The notes under the pieces were generated by a model that was given only the letters and a program-made list of their open reading frames with translations, did no database searches and was not told where the DNA came from. From Verrucomicrobiota bacterium (lineage in GTDB: Bacteria; Verrucomicrobiota; Verrucomicrobiia; Chthoniobacterales; UBA10450), in NCBI GenBank assembly GCA_003218395.1, contig QHNJ01000163.1, positions 1,676-65,675 of the forward strand: 64,000 nucleotides of DNA, in the 5' to 3' direction. The position numbers and the translations under genes were made by a program. How positions within the stretch are numbered: the first letter of the stretch is position 1; the number at the start of each line of letters is the position of its first letter. Positions 63,967 to 64,000 of this stretch are shown here, one piece after another.

Positions 63967-64000
63967 GTGTTCAACTGGAATTATCGCGCGCTTGGCTGGT
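63967..64000 (+). other. start of a second copy of the GT2 C-terminal membrane segment (runs off the window)
   Basis: GTG-TTCAACTGGAATTATCGCGCGCTTGGCTGGT encodes (V/M)FNWNYRALGW. It matches 62846-62877 at 30/32 nt, and both differences are synonymous. Confidence 0.4.

Noticed and set aside
1-64000. CRISPR arrays, rRNA or tRNA genes, prophage or defence islands.
   Set aside because: I saw no regularly spaced direct repeats with unique spacers, no rRNA-like or cloverleaf sequences, and no recognisable defence genes apart from the single VapBC-like pair.

Overview
The window is a moderately GC-rich bacterial chromosomal segment. Its repeat families and futalosine genes suggest a soil PVC/Verrucomicrobia-like organism, but that is a weak inference. 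I recognised no rRNA, tRNA or CRISPR.

Gene content, in order:
- a 2-oxoacid dehydrogenase E1alpha/E1beta/E2 cluster
- smc
- an M20 peptidase and an NlpC/P60 hydrolase
- an IS3-family element
- queC and queF
- apt
- hemA, hemC and a cobA/hemD fusion
- rpsU
- tgt-yajC-secDF
- a roughly 18 kb str/S10/spc/alpha ribosomal protein superoperon running from rpsL to rpsD
- an ECF sigma factor
- futalosine genes (mqnE/C-like and mqnA)
- recJ, recG and htrA
- a CADD/PqqC-like gene
- a three-domain exopolysaccharide synthase
- a VapBC-like toxin-antitoxin pair

The main point of interest is heavy colonisation by REP-like hairpin repeats.
- Two REPtron units are present. A REPtron is a RAYT-type HUH tyrosine transposase flanked by inverted GTAG-plus-hairpin REPs.
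- One REPtron is decayed and lies between hemA and hemC.
- The other has intact catalytic motifs and sits in frame inside recG, between helicase motifs I and II.

Other oddities:
- A coiled-coil gene is inserted between rpsS and rplV.
- rpsN is missing between rplE and rpsH.
- rpoA and rplQ are missing after rpsD.
- A palindromic element is inserted in frame in mqnA.
- Five conserved genes (smc, an APC permease, tgt, recJ and the GT2 domain) each lack a short internal segment.

All family assignments come from motif recognition by eye. No searches were run.
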